Assembly: GCF_006345805.1 (NCBI RefSeq)
Contig: NC_042999.1
Location: forward strand, 98,766,001-98,830,000
Source of the DNA: Octopus sinensis
Lineage: Eukaryota
Reading direction: 5' to 3'
Length of the DNA stretch: 64,000 nucleotides
Position 1 is the first letter of the stretch; each line of letters begins with the position of its first letter. Made by a program: the position numbers and the translations under genes. Positions 12,120 through 25,170 of the stretch are shown here, piece after piece. The notes under the pieces are model-generated. The model was not told the origin of the DNA. It saw nothing but the letters and a program-made list of their open reading frames with translations, and did not search any database.

Positions 12120-12664
12120 ATGCTTCTGATCTCAGAGATGCTGTCCTTCGCTCACCTCTATTTCTATCCGTTCATCATCAAACCACCAGCCTCATCTTCT
12201 ATATCCAACGTACATGACACATCTACCCTCTCACTGTTAAAGTTTACATAAGCGACAACACGATCGCAACATACACTTTGGAAACTAAGCAACAGATCAT
12301 TTTATACAACAACAAATTTATAACACAGCATGAAGTTTTGTAACAGCACATCCGCTGCCGTTCGTGGAAAACGAAGAGACCCTATTCACCTGCAAACGTT
12401 TTACACCGCCTTCCACGGCTGTCAAATTCCTACAATTATGAGAACAATAACTTGGCTCTTTTCAAGGCAACCTTGCATTCAATTCTTACACCATTCTACG
12501 AGGGGGTAGGAACCCCTTTACACGGCTTTCTTTACACTTACAAATACATTAATTCGCCGTAAACTTATATCAATATTTGCCTGAATAATCATCATAATTC
12601 AGTGCAATCATTAACAGTACTTTCAAGCAATTCAGCCCTGAGCATCGCCGGGCAATTCTGCTAG
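12120..12664 (+). mobile_element. Non-autonomous Helitron-like element 3' portion
   Basis: GC hairpin GCCC-tgagcatcgcc-GGGC (12635-12653) followed 7 nt later by CTAG then T (12661-12665). CpG-richer than the flanks. 5' end not determined. Confidence 0.6.
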
Positions 12665-12681
12665 TGTATATATATATATGC

Positions 12682-12715
<34 letters not shown>

Positions 12716-12717
<2 letters not shown>

Positions 12718-13127
12718 TCTTTCTCTTTTCTCTTTTACTTGTTTCAGTCATTTGACTGTGGCCATGCTGGAGCACCGCCTTTAGTCAAGCAAATCGACCC
12801 CGGGACTTATTCTTTGTAAGCCCCAGTACTTATACTATCGGTCTCTTTTGCCGAACCGCTAAGTGACGGGGACGTAAACACACCAGCATCGGTTGTCAAG
12901 CAATGGTAGGGGGACAAACACAGACACACAAACACACACACACATACATATATATACATATATACGACAGGCTTCTTTCAGTTTCCATCTACTAAATCCA
13001 CTCACAAGGCATTGGTCGGCCCAGGACTGTAGCAGAAGACACTTGCCCAAGATGCCACGCAGTGGGACTGAACCTGGAACCATGTTGTTGGTTAGCAAGC
13101 TACTTACCACATAGCCACTCCTGCACC
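12716..13127 (-). mobile_element. SINE family A, full-length
   Basis: Reverse complement of the 4580-4977 copy with the same modules. Confidence 0.9.
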
Positions 13128-13244
13128 TATATATATGCGTATATATATGTATATATATATATATATATAGATATGCGTATGTATATATATATATATATAT
13201 ATAGATATGCGTTATATATATAATATATATATATATGTATGCGT

Positions 13245-13278
<34 letters not shown>

Positions 13279-13957
13279 GTGTGTGGTATATATATATATA
13301 TGGGTGTGGTATATATATATATATGTGCTTTGTGTTATATATATATATATATGTGTGTTGTGTATATATATTATGTGTGTGTGTATATATATATATGTGT
13401 GGTATATATATATATATATGTGTGTGTGTATATATATATATCTGTGTGTGTATATTATATATATGTGTGGTATATATATATATATGTGTGTGTATATATA
13501 TATATGTGTGTGTGTATATATATATATGTGTGTGTATATATATATATATGTATGTATATATAATATATATGTGTGTGTATATATATATATATGTGTGGTA
13601 TATATATATATATGTGTGGTGTATATATATAAATGTGTGTGTTATATATATATATGTGTGTTATATATATATATATGTGTGTGTATATATATATATATGT
13701 GTGTGTATATATATATATATATGTGTGTGTGTATATATATATATGTGTGTGTGTATATATATATATATGTGGTGTGTGTATATATATATATGTGTGTGTG
13801 TATATTATATATATGTGTGTGTATATATAATATATGTATGTGTGTATATATATATATATATATGTGTGTGTATATATATATATATATATGCGTATATATA
13901 TATATGTGTGTGTGTGTGTAGTATATATATTGTATGCGTATATATATATATATATGA

Positions 13958-14006
<49 letters not shown>
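13128..14006. repeat. Compound (TA)n/(TG)n micro/minisatellite, about 880 bp
   Basis: Repeated units like gtgtgtgtatatatatatat and gtgtggtatatatat. Confidence 0.95.
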
Positions 14007-14009
<3 letters not shown>

Positions 14010-14010
<1 letters not shown>

Positions 14011-14220
14011 TCTGTCCAACATTCGCCATGATAGACCACTAGCCACTACACATTCTTTATTTTCTCTCCTTGTTTCCTTCTGTGCTCCTTTCTGTGGAAG
14101 AGTGTAGGCTCGAAATTTTAAAGACTTTTTCACTTCCCAAGCATTATACTAATACATCTGTTGTTGTCTACACCACCTGTCTTCGTCTTTTGGTTTTTTT
14201 GTGAATCTCTTTTCTATACA
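14010..14220 (+). mobile_element. Penelope-like terminal repeat fragment with atypical hammerhead-like motif
   Basis: ctttCTGTGGAaGAGtgtaggCTCGAAAtttaaagac (14087-14124) in a pyrimidine-rich 3' end running into (TA)n. The core deviates (A6 to T). Confidence 0.4.
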
Positions 14221-14509
14221 TATATATATATATAATAATATATATATATATATTATATATATATATAATATATAGGTTATAAGAGATAATGGCATCAATA
14301 AGACCCAAAGGTGTCAGGTAGTGCTGAGTAAGTGCTATGGATAGACATAGGTAAGCTCCATGTTTGGTGATTATGCGAATAAGGAGTCCAACGTAGGTCA
14401 TATATCAGCATGTATATATATGACATATATTTATCTCATTCTGAAAAAAAAATTTTTCTATATATTTATATGTATACATATATATACATGTATATATATA
14501 TACATATAT

Positions 14510-14930
14510 ATATAAATAAATGAAAGAATGGAGTCGAATGAAGATGTTAACAAAATTCCTTTACTCTCGACATATGTTTCGAAGACAACATGGTTTCATT
14601 CCAAAGGAATAAAGGGTGCACTATGCAATCTTCTCATCAGGAAAGAAAGGGAGCGTCTCTCGACAACAAGACAAACAAAAATTTCGATGACTGCCTACAT
14701 GGTAAAGAAAACGATAATGAGTGTTTTTAAAAAAAACGTTAGAAGAATTGACGTCAAAGATAGATAGTAGGAAGAGAAGGGTTAAAGGAATAATAGGTTG
14801 GGAACAAGTGGAGAGGGAAGGGTACGTTGATTGAAAGAATGTTTGAAGGCTTAGGAAAGAATTTCGCTATTGAAGTGGAGTGCACGTTAAGCTAATTGTT
14901 CAAACCACAGTGACTATCGTTATCATTTAT
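14510..14930 (-). mobile_element. Penelope-like pseudo-LTR or retrozyme-like non-coding element
   Basis: CpG-containing, pyrimidine-rich on the minus strand, carries an intact hammerhead and ends in a TA run. Family assignment is inferred from the known association of hammerheads with Penelope-like termini. Confidence 0.55.
14559..14649 (-). ncRNA. Type I hammerhead ribozyme, intact catalytic core
   Basis: Minus strand: ctttctttc CTGATGA GAAGA [hairpin insert] TCTTC GAAA C ATAT G TC / gagagtaaag. Stem I 5 bp + bulge + 4 bp, stem II 5 perfect bp, stem III is the palindrome ACATATGT, cleavage triplet GUC. Confidence 0.8.
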
Positions 14931-15001
14931 ATGAGTAGAAAGTATGTTTCTGCCAGTGTTTACATTTGTATGATTTTTCTATGAGTGTGTTTACAAGGGG
15001 A

Positions 15002-15005
<4 letters not shown>

Positions 15006-15044
<39 letters not shown>

Positions 15045-15064
15045 ATTGTATATATGTATGTATG

Positions 15065-15095
<31 letters not shown>

Positions 15096-15524
15096 ATATA
15101 TATGTATATATGTATGTATGTAATATGTATGTATATATGTATGTATATAATATAGATATATATTTATATATATATAATTTATATTTATATATATATATAT
15201 ATGTATGTATATATAGATGTATATATATATGTATGTATATATATATGTATATATATATATGTGTATATATATATGATATATATATAATACATATATATAT
15301 ATATGTATATACACACACATACATATATATGTATATATATATATGTATATACACACACTACATATATATGTATAATTATATATATACATATCTATATATA
15401 TATTATATATATATATATATAATATTATATATATATATATATATAGATATATATTATAATATGTATATACCAACAATACATATATATTATATATATAATA
15501 TATAAATGTATATATATATATATT

Positions 15525-15574
<50 letters not shown>

Positions 15575-15667
15575 ATATATATATATATATTATATATATA
15601 TATATATTATATATATATATATATATATACACATACATATATATGAATATATATATATATGCATATG
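15006..15667. repeat. (TA)n-rich microsatellite tract, about 660 bp
   Basis: Direct reading; interspersed TATG and TACA units. Confidence 0.95.
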
Positions 15668-15668
15668 T

Positions 15669-15993
15669 GAAGGTACATGGCTCAGTGGTTAGAGCGTTGA
15701 GCTTACAAGCATGAGATTGTGATTTGGAATCCCGAACCTGGATGTGTGTTGTGTTCTTTAGCAAGGCATTTTATTCTATGTTGCTCCAGTTCACTCAACT
15801 GTAGAAATGAGTTGCGATGTCACAGGTGCCAAGCTGTAATGGTCTTTGCCTTGGATAACACTGGTGGCATGGAGAGAGGAGGCTGGTATGCATGGGCGAC
15901 TGTTGATCTTCCATAAACAACCATGCCCGGACTTGTGCCTGGGAGGGCAACTTTCTAGGTGCAACCCCATGGTAAGTCATGATTGAAAGGTCT
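15669..15993 (+). mobile_element. SINE family E
   Basis: gaaggtacatggctcagtggttagagc...ggaatccc...ttagcaaggcatttt...ttgctccagttcactc...ggctggtatgcatgggcgac. Confidence 0.8.
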
Positions 15994-16556
15994 CAGCATA
16001 TATGTATGTCTATATATATATATATATATTATATAATATATATATATATATATATATATTATATAAATTATATATATAATTATTATATAAATGTATATAT
16101 TATTATATAAATGTATATATATATATTATTATATAAATGTATATATATGTGTATATATATGTATATATATATGTATATATATATGTATACACGGTTTAAG
16201 TAATTGAGATTCAAGTGAATTCTAATGAATTCACATGAATATGGTCCTTAACTAGGATGCACCAGAAATCTATATGGTGTTAACCAAACGACAAGTGGGG
16301 TGATTACAAATAGGAAAAAAGCAACAAGAATGGATTAAAATATCAGTACAATTGTTTTGTACGAGGACATCTTTAATAAGCTACAAAAAATGCAGTAAAT
16401 ATAGATGGCTCGTACTCGTCAGCCGAAAAAACATCAGAGATTCAAAACATCAAAAGGGGTAGATACAAATGAGAGTGTAGGTTTAACTGCATTGAAGAAA
16501 GTTCGATTCCTGGAGATCCGATGTATATATGTATATATTTATATATTTATATATAC

Positions 16557-16588
<32 letters not shown>

Positions 16589-17374
16589 GTACACACATAC
16601 ACATGTATATGCATACATATATACATACACATATTCACATGCTTGCATATATTGGTGAATTGGTAAAGTTGTTGGAATGTTGGACAGAATAACTTACCAT
16701 ACTTCCTCCTACTCTCTCTCTCTCTCTCTCTGCTTGTCTTCCATGAAAGAGGGAAAACCCTTGACTAAGCATATGCCTTGAAATGGAAAGTTTTGAGTGC
16801 AGATCCATAATTTCATAAGAGATAGAGAAGCCTCAGATTCCATCAGAACATTAGCTATGATATAATGATATAACTTTCGTTTCTCATTTTTTCTCTGATA
16901 TTTTTCTTTTTTTATTATATGTATCTATGAGGTTATAATGTCATTTTTTGTCCTTGTATGATGATATGTTCTGCTTAGTCACTGGAATTGCATTGTCCCC
17001 AAGAGACTGCAATTCTTTTGGTTTAAAGAAAAAAGAAAATATTTAGCAATCTTTATTCTGGCTCAAAACACCACTTTACTTTTTGCATCTTAGTGTTGTT
17101 GGAAAATGACATTTAGAGAGAGAACGGTTAGATAGTTTCCTCTGAAGTTCTTCTTCCTGCTGTTGAAAATTTCTGATAAAAAAATTATATCTACCTGCCT
17201 GCCTGCCTGTCTGTTCATCTAGCCATCCATCCATTCAGTCATCCAACAACCAATCAATCAGTCAAATACAAGAGCAAGTAAAAAAGCATGTACTTAATAC
17301 ATATAATACAGTTTATAAAATTTGTTCCAGCCTGAGATATTCTGCTTCCCTATTCTAACTTTTATATGTCACAG

Positions 17375-17504
17375 TGAAACCTGGAAACATGATATTCTTA
17401 ATAGTAATGGAATTGGAGGAAAGTCTGAGCTTTGGTACTTCGTTTTTGCATCTGGTTTGCAAGATTCTTTATGTGAATTCATGTATAGGAAATTTGGTGG
17501 ATAG
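17375..17504 (+). CDS. Candidate coding exon (phase-2 start)
   Basis: Branch-like ctaac plus tttatatgtcacag acceptor; frame ETWKHDILNSNGIGGKSELWYFVFASGLQDSLCEFMYRKFGG*, in frame with the 1918-2056 exon. No strong donor, and a second frame is also open. Confidence 0.3.
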
Positions 17505-17549
17505 GAATTGTTCAGCAGCCTATTATGTACATATGTATGTGTGTTTGTG

Positions 17550-17636
<87 letters not shown>

Positions 17637-17848
17637 TTTTACTGGGTAAAGGTTGACAGTGACTTTGCAGTTTCAACTTTCTTGCCTCCTTCAGACTTCA
17701 AAGTCAGTATCAACCTGTTCTTTGTAAAAGTTTAATAAACATGAACTCTACTAAAAGTATTGACTAATCCTTCAGTTAAATGTTAAGTTGTTTTTATACA
17801 TAACTTGACATAAAAATAACTATTAACTTTTAATACATATATCTATGT

Positions 17849-18241
17849 AGGAGAGGCTGTGTGGTAAGTAGGTTCCTTACGAACCACATGGTTCCAGGTT
17901 CAGTCTCACTGTGTGGCACCTTGGGGAAGTGTCTTCTACTATAGCCTCGGGCCAACCAAAGCCTTGTGAGTGGATTTGGTAGACGGAAACTGAAAGAAGC
18001 CCGCGTATATATGTATATATATATATGTGTGTGTGTGTGTTTGTGTGTCTGTGTTTGTCCTCCTTACATCACTTGACAACTGATGCTGGTATGTTTACGT
18101 CCCCGTAACTTAGCGGTTTGGCAAAAGAGACCAATAGAATAAGTACTAGGCTTACAAAGAATAAGTCCTGGGGTCGATTTGCTTGACTAAAGGCGGTGCT
18201 CTAGCATGGCCACAGTCAAATGACTGAAACAAGTAGAAGAG
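17849..18241 (+). mobile_element. SINE family A, full-length
   Basis: Same modules as 4580-4977. Confidence 0.9.
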
Positions 18242-18385
18242 TGTGTGTGTGTGTGTGTTATCAGGTAGCTATTATTTTTCACCGAGTTGTATACTATTTG
18301 TGAGTACTCTTAACTGTGATGTAGCTGAGCAACCTTAGTTGAAATAGCTTGCAAATCTCCGTCATATCACTCCCTCTCACCTTAA

Positions 18386-18589
18386 CACTTTAGTATTTAA
18401 ATTGACCATATTTTGCTTCTTTTACGTTTAAATTGGCCAGATCCAACATCTTACATATACCCTACAATGTCATTCTAAAAATAAACTACCGCATCAAAAT
18501 TTTGAAGCTATAAGACAATGCATGATTAATTCAAAACAATGTGAATAAATAAGTATTACGTTTGACAGAATAATCTGAATGCTAAAAGG
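18386..18589 (+). mobile_element. piggyBac-like MITE (family P1)
   Basis: TTAA at 18382-85 and 18590-93; ends cactttagtatt / aatgctaaaagg; body (cctacaatgtcatt) shared with the 22163 and 52114 copies. Confidence 0.65.
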
Positions 18590-19088
18590 TTAAGAGGTGA
18601 AAGACATAGAAGATAATGTGGTCTCTTAGACACACAACCTGAAAGAAGAAATGGAATGAGTAATTACAGCTGGAAGGATTTTGGTCATAGGGTTGCACCG
18701 TTAGGTCAAATCTGAGGCTAAGCAACAACAGCAGTGTACTATCTGATATAGTCTCCCTGTTATCAGTGTAATCTATTGGTTTATGGATTTTGGAGAGCAT
18801 CCCCTATTCATGTTTTAAAAGAACTAGTATATAGACAATGTTGGGGTGATGATGTTTAGGGAATAGAAAACGTGAGGGAATATAAGTGATTTTGCATATA
18901 TGTATGTAAGAATGTCTTTGTGTGTTTGGTGTCTGTATATCTGTGAGTAAACAGTAGTTAAAAAAAGAAAGAGGATTATTAAAAGAAAAGAAAAATGATA
19001 ATTGTTGTAAGTAGATTATATGAAGAAAGTGATATAAAGTTGCAGATCAAGTAAATATGCTATATCACAGATGTTAAAAATATCAGCT

Positions 19089-19121
<33 letters not shown>

Positions 19122-19410
19122 CATATGAAAATGAGATGACAAAGGAATAATAGATAAATTGCACTTTATATTCAAGGCTTCGATGAAGCTATAAAGTGTT
19201 ACTCAGGCACTCAACTATAAGTCCACTGCATCTTATAGCAGAAACAGCTGGAAGCTAATGAAGTTCATATGATAATCGTTTATTCCTTTGTTCTCTCATT
19301 TTCTTACTACAGCTCTGTACTCGACTAACACTTTGTTTTGAAGCATACGTATACTGAGTTCTACACCAGGTTATTAGTCTCACAAAGCTTCTGTGAAATA
19401 TATATATATA

Positions 19411-19496
<86 letters not shown>

Positions 19497-19657
19497 TGTT
19501 GGATTTGCCTGAGGAAACACAACTAGATCTCATTATGCAAACAAACAGTTGCATAATTAAATACCTGTATTCTTGAAGAATTAGTGTGTTGAAACAATTG
19601 TAGCAAACAATAAACAAATGTCCAACTATATTCCCTCTTTTTGACTCCAATTTCTCC

Positions 19658-19706
<49 letters not shown>

Positions 19707-19717
19707 TATATATATAT

Positions 19718-19748
<31 letters not shown>

Positions 19749-19921
19749 CATACATACATACAGACAGACACATGCACACACACTTATTAAAGTTGTTATT
19801 AGAATTGTTTAACCTTCAAATCATCAGAGTCCTGACTGAGTAGGTTTCTTGTTACACATGTTACAAACATAACTGTCCACTCTTTCTTTCAGTCATTGAG
19901 TAACTAAGGTTATGTTATCTA

Positions 19922-20410
19922 TTGCATTGTCCTTTTTCACTGCCTTGTTTCACTACCTTGTAGCATGGCAGTTTGCACACAGGCATCATACAGTCTGCCT
20001 TTCACTCTGAGCAAGAGGCTTTTTGTTTCCAGCAGAGGTAGGAACTCTCTGAACTTTGCCCAGCCTATTCTTATTCTAGCAGCTACACTCTCAGAGAAGC
20101 CACCCCTGCTACTGACTTGGTCACATAGGTAACAGAAGCTATTGACTACTGGCAGAAACGTTAGCTCTCTGGGCGAAATGCTTAGCAGTATTTTGTCTGC
20201 TGTTACATTCTGAGTTCAAATTCCGCCGAGGTTGACTTTGCCTTTCATCCTTAAGGGGTCGATAAATGAAGTACCAGTTACACACTGGGATTGATGTAAT
20301 CGACTTAATCTCTTTGTCTGTTTGTCCCCTCTATGTTTAGGCCCTTGTGGGCAATAAACAAAAAAGAAACTATTGACTACTTTTAGTTTTCCCTCTGGCA
20401 TGTGATGGAA
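19922..20410 (-). mobile_element. RTE-clade LINE fragment interrupted by a SINE
   Basis: Minus translation EGKLKVVNSFCYLCDQVSSRGGFSESVAARIRIGWAKFREFLPLL..RVKGRLYDACVQTAMLQGSET once the insert is removed. Confidence 0.9.
20151..20364 (+). mobile_element. SINE family B variant inserted in RTE, 17-bp TSD
   Basis: agaa(g/a)ctattgactact at 20134-20150 and 20365-20381. Confidence 0.85.
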
Positions 20411-20424
20411 TATATAAACATATA

Positions 20425-20543
20425 TATCTATCTATCAATCTACCTACCTACCTACCTATCTATATATCTATCTATCTATCTATCTATCTATCTTATCTAT
20501 CTATTATTTATTATCTATCTATATATCTAATCTATCTATCTAC

Positions 20544-20609
<66 letters not shown>

Positions 20610-20628
20610 TATCTATCTATTATATATA

Positions 20629-20675
<47 letters not shown>

Positions 20676-20690
20676 ATACATATATATAAT
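20425..20690. repeat. (TATC)n tetranucleotide repeat grading into (TA)n
   Basis: Direct reading. Confidence 0.9.
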
Positions 20691-22162
20691 ATCTTTTGAA
20701 GATCAAGCAAATAAAGTACCAATCAAATACTGGGGTTAATTTAATCAAATCTACCCTCCATGTGGTGTTTGGACTTCTACCAATGCTAGAAATCAATATA
20801 AACAAAGAATTCTGAACATAATGATTCTGAAATCTGCTGTGGAAAGTATTTATTCATGCTCAAAGCTGACTAACACTAAATAATTTACATTTGTGTTTTA
20901 CTGAGATTTCTTAGACACCAGTGTTCAATTCAGTTTGTTATTGATATTATTACTGATGAAAGGAAATGATAGAGATTTCAAAATATATTTTGGTGTCTAA
21001 TGGTTAAACCATTCTTTTTCTTTTAATGTTAAAATCATAAATTGATGTTATTTAGTTCATAGGTGAGCCCTATTTGAACAAACCTGTTATCAGAGGTGTT
21101 CCTGTCTTGGCCCTCCTATCATTATTATTTCAGACTTTAGTGTATCATAGGATAAATCAATTGTGCACTTCCCAATTTTAAGATGGTAGGTAACAATTGG
21201 AAGGAAATTCAGTTGCTATTTCTTGCTTATTGGTTCTTGTTAAATTGTATTTGTTAGTCTCTCCGTACATTATACATTACTGTTTATTCATCATCATTAT
21301 CATCAGCAGCAGCACTGTTGATATCAATATGTCTGTCTCATAACTATTGCTAGTTGTTATGCTATCTAAATTTTATTTTGTTAGTTTGTGTTTAATGTTA
21401 GTAGCTAAACAATTTAATTTATAAACCAGGTCTGCCACTGAATAATAGAAATTATACAAACTAATATTATATATTTTACACCCCTACTTGAAATGTTTAT
21501 CAGTAGGTCAGACTTGTACATCTGACATAGTCTATCAATGCATTTTACAGATTCCACACTTAACTTTCTTTGCAATGGTTCTACTAGTTGTTATTCTAAG
21601 CCATATTCTTGTTATCAGTCCAAAAAAAATAGGTCATTTAGGATTTCATTTCCAAATTGTATCCACTTCTAACTTAAACTAATTTGTTCCAACCTTAATG
21701 TCTAACTCGCTTTCATTTCCAACTCTTTTTTTTTTTATCCTTTAAACATAATACTCCTCACAGGAAGCACACAAACTTGAAACTCAAATCTTTCATGTTT
21801 TATTCATACTGACATTTAATTACTTAATGTGACTAATATATATAACGACAGACTTCGAGTAAATTGCATTTATTCACAGATATGATATAGTAGTCGAATA
21901 GAGGAAAAGTTTATGGCTTAGCAATTTAGTTGTGAATTTGGAACATTTGATAATGACAACATAATTTCATTAGATTCTACTGTTATTATGCACTAATTTA
22001 GAAGTTGGGCATTAAAATATCATGACAACAGCTAAGTCAGTAAGATGTTAATTTCCAAATATCTTATTTATATTGTGTTTCTTTTTTGCTTGTTTAATAG
22101 TCCCTTCCAGCTACTCAAAATATTCAGTGATTTCATGAAAATAAAATCTTGCAATTCGTTAA

Positions 22163-22382
22163 CCCTTCACATTCAAATGAGTTTGTCAAATGCAATGCTT
22201 GTTTATTCACATTGTTTTGAATCATTCATGCAATAGTCTGTAGCTTCGAGATTTTAATAATGTGATTGTTTAAATTTATAGTAACATTGTAGGGTAAGGT
22301 ATGAAAGACCTGATCTGGCTGGTTTGAACATAAAACAAGTAGAATGTTTTGGCTGAATATGGCTGGTTTAAATGCTAAAGGG
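22163..22382 (-). mobile_element. piggyBac-like MITE (family P1)
   Basis: TTAA-CCCTT... (22159) and ...aatgctaaaGGG-TTAA (22386); reverse complement of the 52114 copy. Confidence 0.7.
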
Positions 22383-22902
22383 TTAAATATTCATCAAAAA
22401 TCTCTTTCATCATGTAAACATTAAGTTCATCTCGGGGAATTATTCTTTGATTAACAAAGATGAAAATTCAACATGAATTAACATGCCTATTAACCCTATA
22501 CAACCATTCTTCTGAATTTATTGCAATAAATAATATAAGTATGTTGGCTACATACATTTTGATTCCTTGACAATCAAAGCTCATGATTATTCAGATCATA
22601 TAAAAACGTTAAATATACTCTATCAATGCACAGAAAGAAAATAAAGAAAAAAATTCACCAAACAAAATAAATTATTAAACGATATTTTTACCCATATATA
22701 ATTGATTATTTATACCTGTACTAATTAATTAAACCTGTACATCTGAAACTTTATTTGGTAGTTTGGCGAGAAGTCAATGTTAAAAGATCTGTTGGATTGC
22801 ATTGAGTTATTGACAGGCAATTGCTTACAGTGTACAGTGTTGTAATTTATTGGTTCATAAGCATCACAAGTACATACACATACACACACATATCTATATG
22901 AA

Positions 22903-22933
<31 letters not shown>

Positions 22934-24849
22934 AAATCTTTTCTCCATTGTGCATGGTTGATAAGAATAGAGCACTCAGAAACAACTCATTAATAGTGAT
23001 CTGTTAAGTAGTATCTGTGAAAATTACAGGCTGTTTCTAGCTATCTATTAATCATCACTCAAAACACAGTGGATGAGAAACATTTGGTAATTTATTGATA
23101 AGATTTTAGAATTGATTTGTTAAATAACTAAGTACATTAACTAATATTAATAAAGTAATACTACATTATTCAATCAATATATATTAAAGACTTTACTGAA
23201 GGTAAATTATATCCAACTCTTAGTTTAGAAAAAAAAATTATAAAAAGACCATTAAAACGAGTGAAAATTTTTAATGGATGAATAAAGTATAACATTGACC
23301 AAATTTGTGTACTTTGTGCTATTTAGTTTTATACTTAATAGTTGACTTTTTCTTTCATCACTCTTTGATTGTTCTGTGGTAAGCCAATGTATATAGTTTT
23401 TAAATGATCTCTCTGTTTTAATTCCTTGCTGAAACTACTTCACTAAAGCTGATCATTCCTTTAAAAATTAGTATAAACATCGTAAATACTCAATTTCACT
23501 TTTATCAATCAAATATCTAAAACTTCCATCTCTTCTGATTTTTTTTCCTGTTTTTCAAGAATCTCATAAACTGCATTTCATTGATTTTTTTTTTTTTTTT
23601 CAAAATTTAGAATCAATAAAACAACAGATGTATAGGCTATAAATGTCAAGAGTTTTTATTTTTACTCTTTCATTTCACCTTAATTTTTGTATATCAGCCT
23701 GATATCAGGATGGGTTTTTGAAAACCAGACACTTGCATAAATTATTGGAAGAAATATCTCAGAACAGGATATTCCATATAATTCCAACCACTGAAGCGAA
23801 GACACAAATACTTTCCAGTTAGAAAGATTAAGTAGAATTCTATGATTGATGCAAAAATACGTAATACTATTAACAGTAAGGCTTAACCCTATCAAGTTAC
23901 ACTATCTCTTATAGTTTATAGATATTTATCAGTGAAATTTTAAACAAGGAAGATTATAGTGTAGTGTTGCATATGTTCATCATTTGTTAAACTAAATTTT
24001 CAGTTTAAATTCTTTTCCCAAAAAGAAATTTAAAATATTTATTTTTATTAATTAATTGTTAGGTAATATTCCATTATGGTATTATGGCTAAATTTTGATG
24101 CTAAAGGTTATGTATGTTCTTTGGATGTTTTAATGTCATAGCTGGAATGGTTTCAATGAAAAACTATTTATAATATTTTCTCTATTTAATGAAAGCTGCT
24201 GCAAACAATAGGCATTGTTTTATAACAAACATAATTTGTTTTTAGGACTGTTTTAAATGCAAATATGATTTTGATGGATTAGTTTTCTTCCTAATGCAGA
24301 TGATTCTATAAGACAGTAAGCCTGAAGCCAGTATTCTAGCTAGGAGAAATGTGTATTGTCCAAATACATAAATCAATGTCTGTGTCAGACTTAAACTCAG
24401 AAGTTGTGCATTTGGAACCCTAGCCATTCACTTCCTGCAAAGGGAGATGAGATAATTAAATTGATAAGCCAAAATTCACTGGACACAGTCTAACTACAAA
24501 TAATCATTGAAAGTGCAGTTGGTGAGTGGTTCTATTTTGGATGCTGACAAAATAAATGTTTAGAATATGAGAGAAATGGTATGTAGTAGATGAAATATTT
24601 GATTAATTGATTGGTCTGGGGGTGTTACGCCTCTTAGCAACAGCACGTTTCTCACTGTAAAAGGACTATTTAGTCATAGGAGTACCCACAGAATGATGCT
24701 TGTGAATTACTCAGATGGTTCACTAGATGTGTTTGTAAGAAATGTCTGGTAGCTGGAGTGAGGGTGTTTGTGGGCTGTTGTTTTTTTGTGGTCAGGAGGT
24801 GCTTCTTTTTTCATATACATAAACAAAATGTATGAAGCACGTATTAGAT

Positions 24850-25170
24850 ATCTGAAGTCACATTATTGTGAGATTTGGGAACTGATTGTGAAAGATCAGT
24901 AGAAGCTGGGGGGGAATGAGTTAGGTGTGATCCATTGGATGTGTAAAATTAAAGCATAGGCCATTTGGAACAAAAGAAAGCTGTGAGAGAGCAGCTGGGG
25001 ATTAATGGCATCAACTGATATATGAAAGAGAGACAGCTATGTTTGTATAGACACCTGAAACAAATAGATGATGAACATTGTGTGAAAATGTGTCATGCGT
25101 AGACAGTGGTGGGTTTCAATATTAGAAGATCAGAGAAAACATGGAAAGAAGTTGTTACATCAAAAGCTCC
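24850..25170 (+). mobile_element. Old RTE-clade LINE 3' fragment
   Basis: Frameshifted ..IHWMCK..REQLGINGI..KERQLCLYRHLKQIDDEHCVKMC..RSEKTWKEVV, matching the RTE C-terminal pattern seen at 36612. Confidence 0.65.

Noticed and set aside
13207-15764. Long ORFs rich in Y/I/C/V/M/H/T (up to 257 aa)
   Set aside because: They are translations of TA/TG microsatellites, which lack stop codons in some frames.
16343-16385. Hammerhead relic around palindrome ACAATTGT (minus strand)
   Set aside because: Both core strands are damaged (TTAAAGA, AAAA); too degenerate to call, although the context looks Penelope-like.
23680-23895. 71-aa minus ORF and a plus-strand frame DGFLKTRHLHKLLEEISQNRIF
   Set aside because: No convincing splice donor or homology; open-frame length is within chance for this composition.
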